A DNA stretch of 64,000 nt from a virus. The notes beneath the pieces are model-generated. The model had not been told where the DNA came from. It searched no databases and saw only the letters and a program-made list of their open reading frames with translations. The DNA lies in the IMG/VR virus record IMGVR_UViG_3300037010_001382, positions 61,974-125,973 of that record; one strand, 5' to 3'. How positions within the stretch are numbered: the stretch's first letter is position 1; every line of letters starts with the position of its first letter. The position numbers and the translations under genes are program-made. Shown here in pieces: positions 31,269 through 41,850 of this stretch.

Positions 31269-31318
31269 CAAAGATACATAAAAATAATGAGACTACCAAA
31301 TATAATTCAGTAGTCTCA
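31269..31318 (-). promoter_or_regulatory. sigmaA-type promoter overlapped by an inverted repeat/terminator
   Basis: TTTG-N20-TATCTTTG; TGAGACTAC/GTAGTCTCA stem followed on the minus strand by TTATTTTTT. Confidence 0.7.
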
Positions 31319-31353
31319 CAAATTAATCTAATGATAAACATTAGACACGATAA

Positions 31354-34300
31354 TTAAGAATTAAACATATTGCCCCATTTAGCAGTAGCAGCGCTCATAG
31401 ACTTCTTTTTACGACTATCATCTTCCCATTTACCAGTATCTTTGTTAAATTTCTGTTGATATTCCCAACTTTGATCCGAACCATTGCTTGTACCTGAACC
31501 GTAAGGATTAAATGCTGCAGCTGGACCTTGATATTCCATCTGTTGTGTATCAGGATTATATCTGAAACCTGATCTCTGTTCTACCATATGAATGTTCATG
31601 TTTTCATATCTATTCTTAGCGAGCTTGTCAGATATAGAAGCTAATGCTTGAGCTTTTTGTGCATCTGTATTAGATTTAGCTTGAGATTGTCTAACATATT
31701 GTTGGTCTTTCAATCCTATATTCATCTTATTAGCATCATTTAAAGTATTATAATTTTGATTTGTAATCTGACTATATATACCTTGATTAGTTCTAAATTC
31801 TTCTGCATTGACAGAATTGTCTTGTTCATATTTCTGTCCTGCTAAAGCTGCTAGAGATGCTGCTGAAGCACTTCCTTGTAACTGTCTAGCTACTTCATTG
31901 AAAGTAGATTGGTTTTGATTTCTTCTATCTTGAAAAGATACTTGATAAGGATCCTGCAGATAAGGTTTATATTGCTGACCAACTACTTGTTGCGGTTGCT
32001 TAGATAGATAATTAAATTCACCTAAGAAATCTGTTATACCTAAGTTATTACTATCTGCTAAAGATGTATATTTCTTAGCAACAGCTGGCTTCATGGGAAT
32101 TTGTTCATTTGTCAATGAATTGTAATGAACTTTATCAGGATTAGAAATGTAATCATTTACCACGCCTGTATCTGTAGGATTATACGTTGAAGGTCCTGCA
32201 GTTGGATCTGGCATTTCAGTTGGATTGTTTGGATCTCCCATAGATTGTTTAAAACTAATACCTTTTGGAGTATCATCTGCAGCTTTCTTAGCTACATAAT
32301 CCTTTACATATCTTGTACGAGGACCATCTAAACCATCATCAAATCTACCAGCTTTAGGTTGTCCATACTTATCTAATGCCTCTTTAACCCAATCTGGATG
32401 CTCTTTAAGCATCTTTTCTTGATCATCCTTAATAGATCCACCTTTCTTAAAAGATGCACCATTCTTAGCGAATATAGAGTGTGCTTTAGAGTAATCTACT
32501 CCTTTATCATCTGCTTCTTGCTGCATCATCTCTTGTATCTGACCTAGATGTTCTTTTTGATTTGATAAAGCCGCAGAACGCATTTTAAATGCACTATCCA
32601 TAGCAGCTGCAGATCCTAGTTTAAGACTATCAAATTTGTTATGAGGATTATAATTCTCATTAATAGTAGCTGCTGGAATTGCTAATCTTTTAGTATTCTT
32701 TTCTTCATCTTTAGCGATACTCTTTGCTAATGATTGAAATGTCTTACCCGCTAAACCCTTAGTTTCTGGACCAAGATTAGGCATCTTCATAGCACCAAAC
32801 ACTCTTGTAGAACCATCATCAGATACATGAACTCCTTCACCTCCTTGTATCTCTGCATTCTGATCTCCTACACGTATTGGCATTCCACCATTATCATGAG
32901 AAGGTCCTTGAGATACCATCATAGGATTTGAGTAAGGATTAACACCCATTGGTTGTATTGAACCAGGTCCCAACATCTGAATCCCTTGAGTAGCTTCGTC
33001 GAAATCATTGAAATCACCAAAGTCTTCCATCTCACCACCATCTTCGTACTTACGCATTTTCATGCCATAACGACCTGTATCATCACTATTATTAGAACCT
33101 TGCTTCCTAACAGCATCTATTGAATACTCTTGTTGACCATCAGAATCTGATTCTTGATAAGCTCCATGAGTACCCCAACCTTTAGCTGGAGTTTTTGCCA
33201 TTGGAGTAGGCTGTGGATCTATTGGTTGAACTGCGTTATGACTATAAGTTTGATTGAAACCAGACGAAGTATCTTCTTGTTTAGATACTGAACCATCCAT
33301 AGCAACACCATCATTATTAGATGTCCAGTTCTTAGGACCTCCTGTAGATCCTGACGCAAGATCATTCCATTCAGATTGACTTAAAGGGTTACTACCAGCA
33401 TCCTTTAACATGGTTTGAGAACCATCTCTATTCTGTTTTAAGTATTGATATTGTGTATATTGTTGTTGTGATGTCTTATGACCATAGAAATCATCTACTT
33501 CAGATAATCCTTCAGAACTATTTTGAATCCTTCCAGGAGCTGTCTTAGACATATTCTGGAAGTCTTGCTGATAAGCTGATAATCTTGTAGGATCAACGCC
33601 ATGAGCTTTCATAAAATCAACTCCAGGAGTCTTATTATGATCATCCCCTTTATAGCCTGATTGATAAGCTGCAACTTGCATCTTAGACCAAGCATCACGT
33701 TCTTGTGGACTTATAGGTTGTACTTGACCGCCTTCTGCGAAATTAATACCAAACTTTCCTATTGCTGATGTACCATCTCCATTTGGACGAGGATTATACA
33801 TCATAGGCATTTTGTTCTGATTATCATGTATTGGTCTATTTTTAATAAGCGCATTAGCACCCATTAAAGCACCTTTCACGATATCTGTAGTATCAAATGA
33901 GAAGTTAGCTGTAAACTTTCTAGGAGCTCTAGTTTGAGCATTAGGGTCTTGAGCTTCATCACCATCATTATCTCCTGGCTCTTGAATTGGAGCATCTTCA
34001 GGTTTTGGATTAGCCTGCCAAGGATCTGGACGTCCGTCTGGTGGTAATTGATCTGGTGTTCCCAAACCTGGAGGATTATCGCCACTTACTGGTGGCCTTG
34101 GATCTTCATCACCTACTACACCACCATCCAGAAAACGCCTACCAAATTGAGCTTTGATAGGCATTATCTTATTCATCACCTTCTTAGGTGTTTTTCTATT
34201 AGCTTTCATATTAATTTCTCCTCCTTCTTTCAATTTTCCTAAAGTAACTCCTGTGCCTTGTTTATAACCATTATTGGCAAACCAATTAGCTTTATCTTCA

Positions 34301-34590
34301 GAATCAAAAGGAATAGCAGTTTTATTTTTCAATGCATAATCAAAAGCATCATCTCCTAAATATTTAAGTTGACCATTGACATTTTGAATTGTAGGATATG
34401 CATAATTTGTACCATCTGCTTCTGCAGATTCCATTAAGTGTGTTGAAACACCTTGCTGACCAGGCACCTGAATTGTTTTGGGCTTCTGTTCATATAGACG
34501 TTTAACCCACTCTAGATTTTTATTAGCATCTAGAGTGCTATCGACAAATGCAGCCTTATTTGTTTTAAATAGATTTGTTTTCTTTGGCAT
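31354..34590 (-). CDS. Cargo protein with GPSHDNGG motif and long disordered linkers
   Basis: GPSHDNGG...AEIQGGEG motif and repeated [FY]xxGG linkers. Start taken as MPKK, just after the upstream stop. Confidence 0.7.
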   Translation of the reverse strand: MPKKTNLFKTNKAAFVDSTLDANKNLEWVKRLYEQKPKTIQVPGQQGVSTHLMESAEADGTNYAYPTIQNVNGQLKYLGDDAFDYALKNKTAIPFDSEDKANWFANNGYKQGTGVTLGKLKEGGEINMKANRKTPKKVMNKIMPIKAQFGRRFLDGGVVGDEDPRPPVSGDNPPGLGTPDQLPPDGRPDPWQANPKPEDAPIQEPGDNDGDEAQDPNAQTRAPRKFTANFSFDTTDIVKGALMGANALIKNRPIHDNQNKMPMMYNPRPNGDGTSAIGKFGINFAEGGQVQPISPQERDAWSKMQVAAYQSGYKGDDHNKTPGVDFMKAHGVDPTRLSAYQQDFQNMSKTAPGRIQNSSEGLSEVDDFYGHKTSQQQYTQYQYLKQNRDGSQTMLKDAGSNPLSQSEWNDLASGSTGGPKNWTSNNDGVAMDGSVSKQEDTSSGFNQTYSHNAVQPIDPQPTPMAKTPAKGWGTHGAYQESDSDGQQEYSIDAVRKQGSNNSDDTGRYGMKMRKYEDGGEMEDFGDFNDFDEATQGIQMLGPGSIQPMGVNPYSNPMMVSQGPSHDNGGMPIRVGDQNAEIQGGEGVHVSDDGSTRVFGAMKMPNLGPETKGLAGKTFQSLAKSIAKDEEKNTKRLAIPAATINENYNPHNKFDSLKLGSAAAMDSAFKMRSAALSNQKEHLGQIQEMMQQEADDKGVDYSKAHSIFAKNGASFKKGGSIKDDQEKMLKEHPDWVKEALDKYGQPKAGRFDDGLDGPRTRYVKDYVAKKAADDTPKGISFKQSMGDPNNPTEMPDPTAGPSTYNPTDTGVVNDYISNPDKVHYNSLTNEQIPMKPAVAKKYTSLADSNNLGITDFLGEFNYLSKQPQQVVGQQYKPYLQDPYQVSFQDRRNQNQSTFNEVARQLQGSASAASLAALAGQKYEQDNSVNAEEFRTNQGIYSQITNQNYNTLNDANKMNIGLKDQQYVRQSQAKSNTDAQKAQALASISDKLAKNRYENMNIHMVEQRSGFRYNPDTQQMEYQGPAAAFNPYGSGTSNGSDQSWEYQQKFNKDTGKWEDDSRKKKSMSAATAKWGNMFNS

Positions 34591-34591
34591 A

Positions 34592-37500
34592 TTATTTATA
34601 ACTTGGTACTGTTGGAGACAGAACAAATTTAGATATTAATCTTACATCACTTTTATCATCAAGTATATGTCTTATTTTAACATCCTTTGCTCTTATTTGT
34701 GCTTTCTTATGAGTTCTAAGACTATAATCCATATTGATTTGATTTAAGTCTTTATCTTGTTTATTCATATCACATCCTGTTATCCAAGCAGGTATAGATT
34801 TACTTTTTATGATATCCCAAAACATGTTATAATTATAGAAATTATCTGATTTTGTTACTATGATATCTTTAGAATCTATATTGTATTTTGGATACGTGAG
34901 ATAAGATGCAAGATTATTAAGCGGTTTTGGTATAAGATTTAATATACCTGTGTTCTGTTGACCGTTATAGATGATTGCTTTATTGAAATAAATTGTTTCA
35001 TCTGGTTCATAGAACGTAAGATAATCTAAATACTTTCTTACTGTAGTAAAATCTTTTATACTTTGTAATATCTCATCTTGCATTTTGTATGCATATGGAT
35101 ATTCTAATATATAAGGTTCTTGTTTACCAAAGAAATTATTGAATTTAGTTACATTATAACTATGATCCCATGTTTGTTCTAACGCATTATTACCAGCCTG
35201 AAAATGTGAATAAAAAGTAATGTAGTAATCTGGAATATAAGAGTGAAATGAAACCCAAGATTGAGTCTTAAATGAATAACTTAATGTCCATGATTTGTTA
35301 CAAAAGAACTTTTCATCTGTTAATTCAACTAGCATTAATGTCATATAATTAGATAATGAAGGACAGTTTACTGGCTTAACTACAGAATCAGGATTAACAG
35401 AGTTTACGCACAATCCAGTATGATTTAAATTGTATCCATCTGGACAGCAAACTCTTGTACCTTGATTGTTTATGAACTGTACAAGACCTTGATCTGTTGC
35501 ATTTTGCTCTGCATAGAACTTACCATTTGTATACTTAATATTATCTGTAATTGGTTCATAATCTTTCTTTGTAATAAGAATTCTATCGAAATATGGATCA
35601 TATGTTCCTGTTATACCTATACCATTAAACGAGTTATCGATATTGATATCAGGAAAGTAATCCAGTATTTTGAATGGTAAGTTTTGATACATCCATTTAG
35701 TAACACCTTTATCTTCTAGATTACCTACTGTAGTACCTTGTAATATAGCTACTTCACCTCTTTTAGCATCAACAAATATAACACCAGCATCTGTTTTAAG
35801 TAACATACTATGTTGTGAACCTACATTTCCTGTATCTGTATGAGATAAATCTAATGGAGGACTATTAAATAGCTCCATATTGCCTATATAAGCAGCAGGT
35901 CCTGCAGATACCTGTAGTGTAGTAAGTGCATTATAGATTTGAGATCTATTTTCAAACCTTACTAAGATCTGATTATTAGATAAATTATCGATATTCTGTA
36001 ATTTACCATATCCTTTTGGTAGATCTTTAGTATTATTAGGTCTGTATACAAGCCAATTATTACGTGTTTCTTCTAAATTAGATTTATCAGACCAGATTGC
36101 TCTGTTATTAAACACTGTAAAACATGGATTATAAGGACTCCAATCCTTTCTTAATAGTCCGAAGTATGTTTCTTTGTTCTGTTTACTATATGTTTTGTTA
36201 TAAACGTATGTATTATCAAAGATTATTGGTACATTTGTCTCTTGTAACCAGTCATCAGGAATATCTGAAGCTACTTGTGGATAGAAATTACCCTCCAAGT
36301 AGTTAGTTGCCTGACGCATATCTACATTTACTTCAGATTCACAGAAATAATAAGGTACTCCATAAGCATATAAGTACGCTTGACCTCTTTCGTGTAGCTC
36401 ATCTAGATTAGATGACTCTAGATTTGTGATCTTAATACCTAATGTCTTTAATAAACCATCAGTTATAAGTCCTATAAGTAACTGTAAAGCAGATAAAAAG
36501 ATAGGTATACCTAATGTTAGTAAAGAAAATGCCCAGTTCTGTAATGCATTTGTTAAATTGACAATACCAGCATGTAAAAGACCACCATCTACATCAGCTC
36601 TAACATTACTAGTAGAATAATACCAAATAGGATATCCTACATTACCTGTGTTAGTACTGGAATAAGCATCTTGATTATAATCAACATCTGTTCCATCAGG
36701 AAAGTTCACTGACTTCTTTAAGAAGAAAGAATGCTTTCTTTTTATTGCGAATCTGTTGATAAATATATCACCACCAAAAATAGTAGGTAAAGAATGAATG
36801 CGATTACCATCGTCATCTATAAGTTTAGAATAAAATCCTGTATCAACAGGTACATATGAAAATACTTCACCCCATTGTCCTGGTAAGAATCTCTTAATAG
36901 AAGCATAATAAGATGCTATATTTCTATAGAATACAACACTAGACTCAGGTACACCAGCTTCTCTAGCAGTAGTCCTAGAGTTATCTGAAGGAACACCAGC
37001 ATAGATTTGATCGTTAATAGGTAAAAATGAACCATTTGTACTTACATAAACAGATGTTTCTCTATCTGTATTGTTAATAGCATGATCATCCCCAAATGTT
37101 CCTTGTAATCCAGAAGCTAAATAACCACCATATTCAATACCTCTTATCTTATTACCACTATTAGGAATAGGAGTATAATTGCCATAATAACCTACACCAT
37201 TGTATTGCCAACCATAATTTACATATGGCATCAATTTATCCAAAAGATCAAGAGTGGTATTGAAAGCAGGAAAGAAATTCTCAGCATGAAAACTAGGTGA
37301 TATTTCATTTGTTACACCATATACATCACCAATAGTAGTAGATACACTACCTGATACTCCAATTGTTGAAGTAATAGCAGCTACAAATGCAATCGTCAGA
37401 TCTTTAGTTGTTCTAAGTTTCTGTCTAGCATTATCTTTTACTGGTACAAAATGTGCTTTTGCCTGTCCATACTCTACAGTTTCTAGCTTCAAGAATGAAC

Positions 37501-39457
37501 CTTGAATGCCAAATGGTTTATAGAATGATGTGTCAGGCGAATGAAATGTAAACCTATTGGTTTGAAAATCGTTAAGTCTATTTCCTAAATTAGCTCCTGA
37601 TTTATCTTCCACAAAGTGACTAGAGATAAATGAATCAGGATGTGTATCATTGAAAGGATAATTAGGATAATAATATGTACTAGTATCTTTTGTATACTTA
37701 CCACAGTTATATAATAATCCTTTTGCAATAATAGAAGTATTATTTGTTCTATCGCCACGCATTATTTTAAATCCTACTATCTGACTTTTTTGTTCAGGAG
37801 ATAGATCTGGAGAGTTTTGTATTGCGTTATATAAAGTATCGACATCAACTTTAAATCCTATTGGATTAATATTATGTTCAAAGTTTGTATAGTTATCTCC
37901 TGTAGTATAATTCTCATTATGAATATGTACAATAGAGTTGTCAGGAAACTTATGGTGTCTTATTGGTTTACCTGCTAACGAACCCCATATTGCAGGAGTA
38001 TTAGGATACTTCATTTCAGACTCCCAATATGCCATGTTACCATGTAAATGAGGACCTTTATAACATGTATCTAAAGGTGTATATCCAGGATATGTTCCTG
38101 TTATACTACCTGTATTGTAAACTTTCCATCTTGGTTTACCAACAGTATCTGGATGACATGGATTTACTGAGTTAGAAGCTTGTGAATCTGCATTTGCAAC
38201 TATATCTAAATCAGTTGGTAAGGCAGCACGACCAGGAATGTGTCCACGTGTCGTTTGCTTGCCATTTGCGAGGATAAAACAACCTTCTAAGGGGTATACC
38301 TCATCTCGCATATAACCCTGTAGATTCGCACAATTAGTGCCATTAAAGTAACCTTCAGATTCGTTGTAAGGTATCTGCCAAGTTTCCCAACCTACAGCTA
38401 CTTGGTTCCATATCTTCTGATAACTAATATCATCTTCCTTAACAAGATCTGCCCATACAAGTACATTATCTACTTGTGTGAGATCTCCTGCTAAATCATA
38501 ATAATCTACCTTATTAAAGATGTCTGTAATAGTTAGATTGATATTTGCAAGAGAATGCTCTGTACCTGAATAATTAAAATTATAAGTAGGACCAGTGATA
38601 TCATAAGTACCTATTAGTTCTACAGATGCAATGTCATTAACTGTCTTAATTACAGCAATATTAAAATATTGATATAATCCTGATGTATCAAGATTACTAA
38701 CTGTTACATTGATAGACTTGTTAGTTGTTTCATTGAAATTAGGAGATGTCTTATGATCTAAGAATATTCTAACTTTATTAGTAACAGAATAAAATGATGT
38801 ATATCCATTACTTAAAATATCAGAATATTGAATAGCAAATTGATAATCTCCTTCTATGAGACTGCCACCTATATTAACTTCATTAGCTTGTAGAGCAGGA
38901 ACTTTAAAGTTCGGCTGTACAAGCATATTATTAATATCAATTTGACCTATTTGTGGTGTAATAACACCAGCTATAATAACATCTTTCCAAGGTAAGTTAT
39001 TAAGATCTAGAAATCTTCTAGGATTAAATTTATCTGTCCAATATAACTGTGTTGAGCAGTTAGTTGTTTTTACTTCTATTTTAAATATTGGATGATCAAT
39101 GCTAAAATTTAGCGAATCGCTTCCAGCGATAGAATCATCCAGTAAAGGATAAAAAGTACAAGAGTTCAATGTACTATAACCTATCATAGAATGACCTGAA
39201 GATGGATTTGTAATGAAATAGTAGATTGTATCAATTGATGTTACATTCTTTGTTCCAATTACTTTATATCCTTCAGGAAAAGTAACACATAAATCACTAC
39301 CCTGTTCATTCTGATAAGTTACACTTGAACCATCAAAACCTTCTACCATTGCATTAAGTGCATACGTAAGTTGACCAGGTTGTACCTGATTAATTACAGA
39401 CTCTAGATTGAGTCCTATAGTAGCTTGAGTTGGATTTAAATTCTGTTGTTCTGCCAT
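34592..39457 (-). CDS. Tail stabilisation/muzzle protein
   Basis: 1621 aa; YWTD..NP.R, GYMRDEVY, FGGDIFI and SWTLSYS....WVSFHSYIP motifs of crAss-like muzzle proteins. Confidence 0.85.
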   Translation of the reverse strand: MAEQQNLNPTQATIGLNLESVINQVQPGQLTYALNAMVEGFDGSSVTYQNEQGSDLCVTFPEGYKVIGTKNVTSIDTIYYFITNPSSGHSMIGYSTLNSCTFYPLLDDSIAGSDSLNFSIDHPIFKIEVKTTNCSTQLYWTDKFNPRRFLDLNNLPWKDVIIAGVITPQIGQIDINNMLVQPNFKVPALQANEVNIGGSLIEGDYQFAIQYSDILSNGYTSFYSVTNKVRIFLDHKTSPNFNETTNKSINVTVSNLDTSGLYQYFNIAVIKTVNDIASVELIGTYDITGPTYNFNYSGTEHSLANINLTITDIFNKVDYYDLAGDLTQVDNVLVWADLVKEDDISYQKIWNQVAVGWETWQIPYNESEGYFNGTNCANLQGYMRDEVYPLEGCFILANGKQTTRGHIPGRAALPTDLDIVANADSQASNSVNPCHPDTVGKPRWKVYNTGSITGTYPGYTPLDTCYKGPHLHGNMAYWESEMKYPNTPAIWGSLAGKPIRHHKFPDNSIVHIHNENYTTGDNYTNFEHNINPIGFKVDVDTLYNAIQNSPDLSPEQKSQIVGFKIMRGDRTNNTSIIAKGLLYNCGKYTKDTSTYYYPNYPFNDTHPDSFISSHFVEDKSGANLGNRLNDFQTNRFTFHSPDTSFYKPFGIQGSFLKLETVEYGQAKAHFVPVKDNARQKLRTTKDLTIAFVAAITSTIGVSGSVSTTIGDVYGVTNEISPSFHAENFFPAFNTTLDLLDKLMPYVNYGWQYNGVGYYGNYTPIPNSGNKIRGIEYGGYLASGLQGTFGDDHAINNTDRETSVYVSTNGSFLPINDQIYAGVPSDNSRTTAREAGVPESSVVFYRNIASYYASIKRFLPGQWGEVFSYVPVDTGFYSKLIDDDGNRIHSLPTIFGGDIFINRFAIKRKHSFFLKKSVNFPDGTDVDYNQDAYSSTNTGNVGYPIWYYSTSNVRADVDGGLLHAGIVNLTNALQNWAFSLLTLGIPIFLSALQLLIGLITDGLLKTLGIKITNLESSNLDELHERGQAYLYAYGVPYYFCESEVNVDMRQATNYLEGNFYPQVASDIPDDWLQETNVPIIFDNTYVYNKTYSKQNKETYFGLLRKDWSPYNPCFTVFNNRAIWSDKSNLEETRNNWLVYRPNNTKDLPKGYGKLQNIDNLSNNQILVRFENRSQIYNALTTLQVSAGPAAYIGNMELFNSPPLDLSHTDTGNVGSQHSMLLKTDAGVIFVDAKRGEVAILQGTTVGNLEDKGVTKWMYQNLPFKILDYFPDINIDNSFNGIGITGTYDPYFDRILITKKDYEPITDNIKYTNGKFYAEQNATDQGLVQFINNQGTRVCCPDGYNLNHTGLCVNSVNPDSVVKPVNCPSLSNYMTLMLVELTDEKFFCNKSWTLSYSFKTQSWVSFHSYIPDYYITFYSHFQAGNNALEQTWDHSYNVTKFNNFFGKQEPYILEYPYAYKMQDEILQSIKDFTTVRKYLDYLTFYEPDETIYFNKAIIYNGQQNTGILNLIPKPLNNLASYLTYPKYNIDSKDIIVTKSDNFYNYNMFWDIIKSKSIPAWITGCDMNKQDKDLNQINMDYSLRTHKKAQIRAKDVKIRHILDDKSDVRLISKFVLSPTVPSYK

Positions 39458-39459
39458 TA

Positions 39460-40338
39460 TTAATGATTATAGGAGTTATCTCCTGGTAATCTATATTTGT
39501 TAAAACGTTCGTAAGACTTTCTAATTTGTCTTAACTTATCATGTGTTGTCTGCTTTTTAAGTTCAGTTTCTGCAACTATGAATGCTATCTCTTGTTCCTG
39601 TTTAGCTTCTGCTTTCTTATGAACAATTTGATTAAACGATTCATCAGTTATAATATTAGATAACTTAGAAAAGCATTTAAAGATAATATACTTACGTATA
39701 AAATCTTGTATCCACCAATTATCAGGTATCATCTGATCACCCTCTAAAGATGGATCTGAATAGTAAACTAAATGAACTATTCCTTCATTAAAATTAGTTA
39801 ATAGATTTCCGTTCTCTACATCAAATGAATAAGGAGATGAAGCACCTAGATTTATACAGGTTTCTTCACATCTATTTCGTGCTCTTATAGTTCCAGGAGT
39901 AAGTAAATAAGTTCTCTTAAATGAAAATTGATATACTCCTGTTACTTTATGTACTACATTATAATCTGTAGTACAACTGTTAGCACCATCTGCACAAGGC
40001 CCACATCCATCAGTTGATACAGGATCTATTCTGCAGTCCTGCTGATAATATTGTGCTGTTGCAGATTGATAAAGTGGAGATACAAACTCATTACATGCCC
40101 AAGCTTCTCGAACTCCCTCAAACCCATCAGGCAAACAAGCCTTAAAATCTTTCACTCTTAGAACAATCTGTTCTATCTTAAAAGCGCTCTTACGAAACCT
40201 CTTAAGGCAATCTTCTGTCCATTTAGGGAACATTACGTCATCAATTGCTCCAGACGCAAAATAAGAACTCAACTCTTCCTTTACCTCCGCAAATAGCGGA
40301 TCCGGAGAAGTGAATTCTTGTTTGTAATAAGTTGACAT
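39460..40338 (-). CDS. Tail ring/tubular protein
   Basis: 292 aa; TNF.EG.V..VY...MIPD pattern; synteny with the muzzle gene. Confidence 0.65.
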   Translation of the reverse strand: MSTYYKQEFTSPDPLFAEVKEELSSYFASGAIDDVMFPKWTEDCLKRFRKSAFKIEQIVLRVKDFKACLPDGFEGVREAWACNEFVSPLYQSATAQYYQQDCRIDPVSTDGCGPCADGANSCTTDYNVVHKVTGVYQFSFKRTYLLTPGTIRARNRCEETCINLGASSPYSFDVENGNLLTNFNEGIVHLVYYSDPSLEGDQMIPDNWWIQDFIRKYIIFKCFSKLSNIITDESFNQIVHKKAEAKQEQEIAFIVAETELKKQTTHDKLRQIRKSYERFNKYRLPGDNSYNH

Positions 40339-40343
40339 ATGTG

Positions 40344-40835
40344 TTATTTGGTTCTAGGATATTCTCGATATAAATCTTTGTATTTAGAGTTAGGTTTCTT
40401 AAGATAGGTTTTAAGTAATCTACTATTTACACGTGCCATTTCGAATTTCCAGATATATGAAAATTTCATGCGCGTCTTCCAGTAATTCCACATCCAATAG
40501 TATTTATAACCATCACTATGTGCATTCATGTAATAGACGTACTTACCTTCTTTTTTTGTTTCTTGCCAGTTAATAGGCAAATTACTGTATTCTGTACCAT
40601 CTGGAGCTATTTTATAACGTTTAGGTTTATACTTGTTAACTACAAGTTCTCCTAGCCCAAATGGCATCTTAATCTTATCTCCTGTCTCTAAGAGATGAGC
40701 TACTAAAGATGCATTATATGTATATAATATCTTTTTATAATCTTCAAAAGATAAGTTTAAAGAAGGATTGTTTGTACAAAATTCATTATAACTTTCTTTT
40801 GATCCTGTTCTGTATCCTATTTTAGGTCTACTCAT
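40344..40835 (-). CDS. IHF/HU-like DNA-binding protein
   Basis: Basic; helices followed by GDKIKMPFGLGELVV and INWQETKK; conserved position in the crAss-like tail block. Confidence 0.7.
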   Translation of the reverse strand: MSRPKIGYRTGSKESYNEFCTNNPSLNLSFEDYKKILYTYNASLVAHLLETGDKIKMPFGLGELVVNKYKPKRYKIAPDGTEYSNLPINWQETKKEGKYVYYMNAHSDGYKYYWMWNYWKTRMKFSYIWKFEMARVNSRLLKTYLKKPNSKYKDLYREYPRTK

Positions 40836-41509
40836 TATTTACTCTGATCGTTGTTATCTGCGGTTTTATCTTCTTGTGACTGCTTATAATCTCTTGCAAT
40901 CATATCTCTTGCCATATTAACAACATCAGCTTCTAAATAACCTGGACATTTAAATTCTAAATCAGTAGGATTATCAGGACATTCTTGAGAACCATCACAA
41001 CTAAAGTTTCCTAAAGTAAAATCTTCTTCAAAGAATGCTGCTAAATCAACCATTTCAATCTTTGGATCTGTAATGTATAAATAACCGTTACGTAACCAGA
41101 AATATCTAAGACCTTTATTTTTAGGATATAACTTTAACAAATTAGCATATCTATCAGGATCTGCATAATCAAAACGTACCCCTCTATCAATAGAATAAAC
41201 TCCTTGTATCAGTGGACCATAGACATTCTCTGCAATTCTCGGAAGTTTTAATTTAGACTTCGCAATCATACATGGAGACCTGTAGTCACAACATTCAGAC
41301 AGTGGTACTTCTACCATTTCTAAACAAGGAATGTCAGTGAAAATGTTATCTGAAGAGAATAATCTCCTCTTATCTGTTTGTTGTTTAATTAACTTTATAG
41401 CAGCCGCACGAAGCTCATCTGCCACAACACGATTAGTTATCGTATTGTCCGCATCAATAAGTTTGAATGCAGAACGAACTCTGCTTATCATATCTCCAAG
41501 ACTTGCCAT
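40835..41509 (-). CDS. Tail ring protein
   Basis: 224 aa; IPCLEM.EV...CC, KSKLKLP, YFWLRNGYLYI; synteny. Confidence 0.65.
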   Translation of the reverse strand: MASLGDMISRVRSAFKLIDADNTITNRVVADELRAAAIKLIKQQTDKRRLFSSDNIFTDIPCLEMVEVPLSECCDYRSPCMIAKSKLKLPRIAENVYGPLIQGVYSIDRGVRFDYADPDRYANLLKLYPKNKGLRYFWLRNGYLYITDPKIEMVDLAAFFEEDFTLGNFSCDGSQECPDNPTDLEFKCPGYLEADVVNMARDMIARDYKQSQEDKTADNNDQSK

Positions 41510-41528
41510 TATATAGTATTGCTTTTTG

Positions 41529-41560
41529 CAAAGATAACGTATTTATTCGACATTGCCAAA
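41529..41560 (-). promoter_or_regulatory. Bacteroidota sigmaA-type promoter
   Basis: TTTG-N20-TATCTTTG. Confidence 0.7.
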
Positions 41561-41561
41561 T

Positions 41562-41837
41562 TTATTTTTCTTCTTCAGGTTTAATTTCCTCTATAGGATC
41601 CTGTGGTTTAATTGTTATTGTATCTTTAGGATCTGCAGTTACTGATTTACGACCTGCACTGTTTCCCCAGTAAAAGCCACATATCAACATACAGATACCA
41701 AACAGACCCTGAGTAATCTGGGTCTGCATGGATTCTGTACCTTTGAATATGCCACTTGCTGCAAAGAAGAAGAATAATATTCCTCCTAAGCTCCACATGA
41801 TAGCTAGAGCTGCTTCTAAGTGTGTATTTTTATTCAT
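41562..41837 (-). CDS. Two-TM membrane protein (holin candidate)
   Basis: Two hydrophobic helices, GFYWGNSAG motif and a charged tail. Confidence 0.6.
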   Translation of the reverse strand: MNKNTHLEAALAIMWSLGGILFFFFAASGIFKGTESMQTQITQGLFGICMLICGFYWGNSAGRKSVTADPKDTITIKPQDPIEEIKPEEEK

Positions 41838-41850
41838 AAGTTATATTTTA

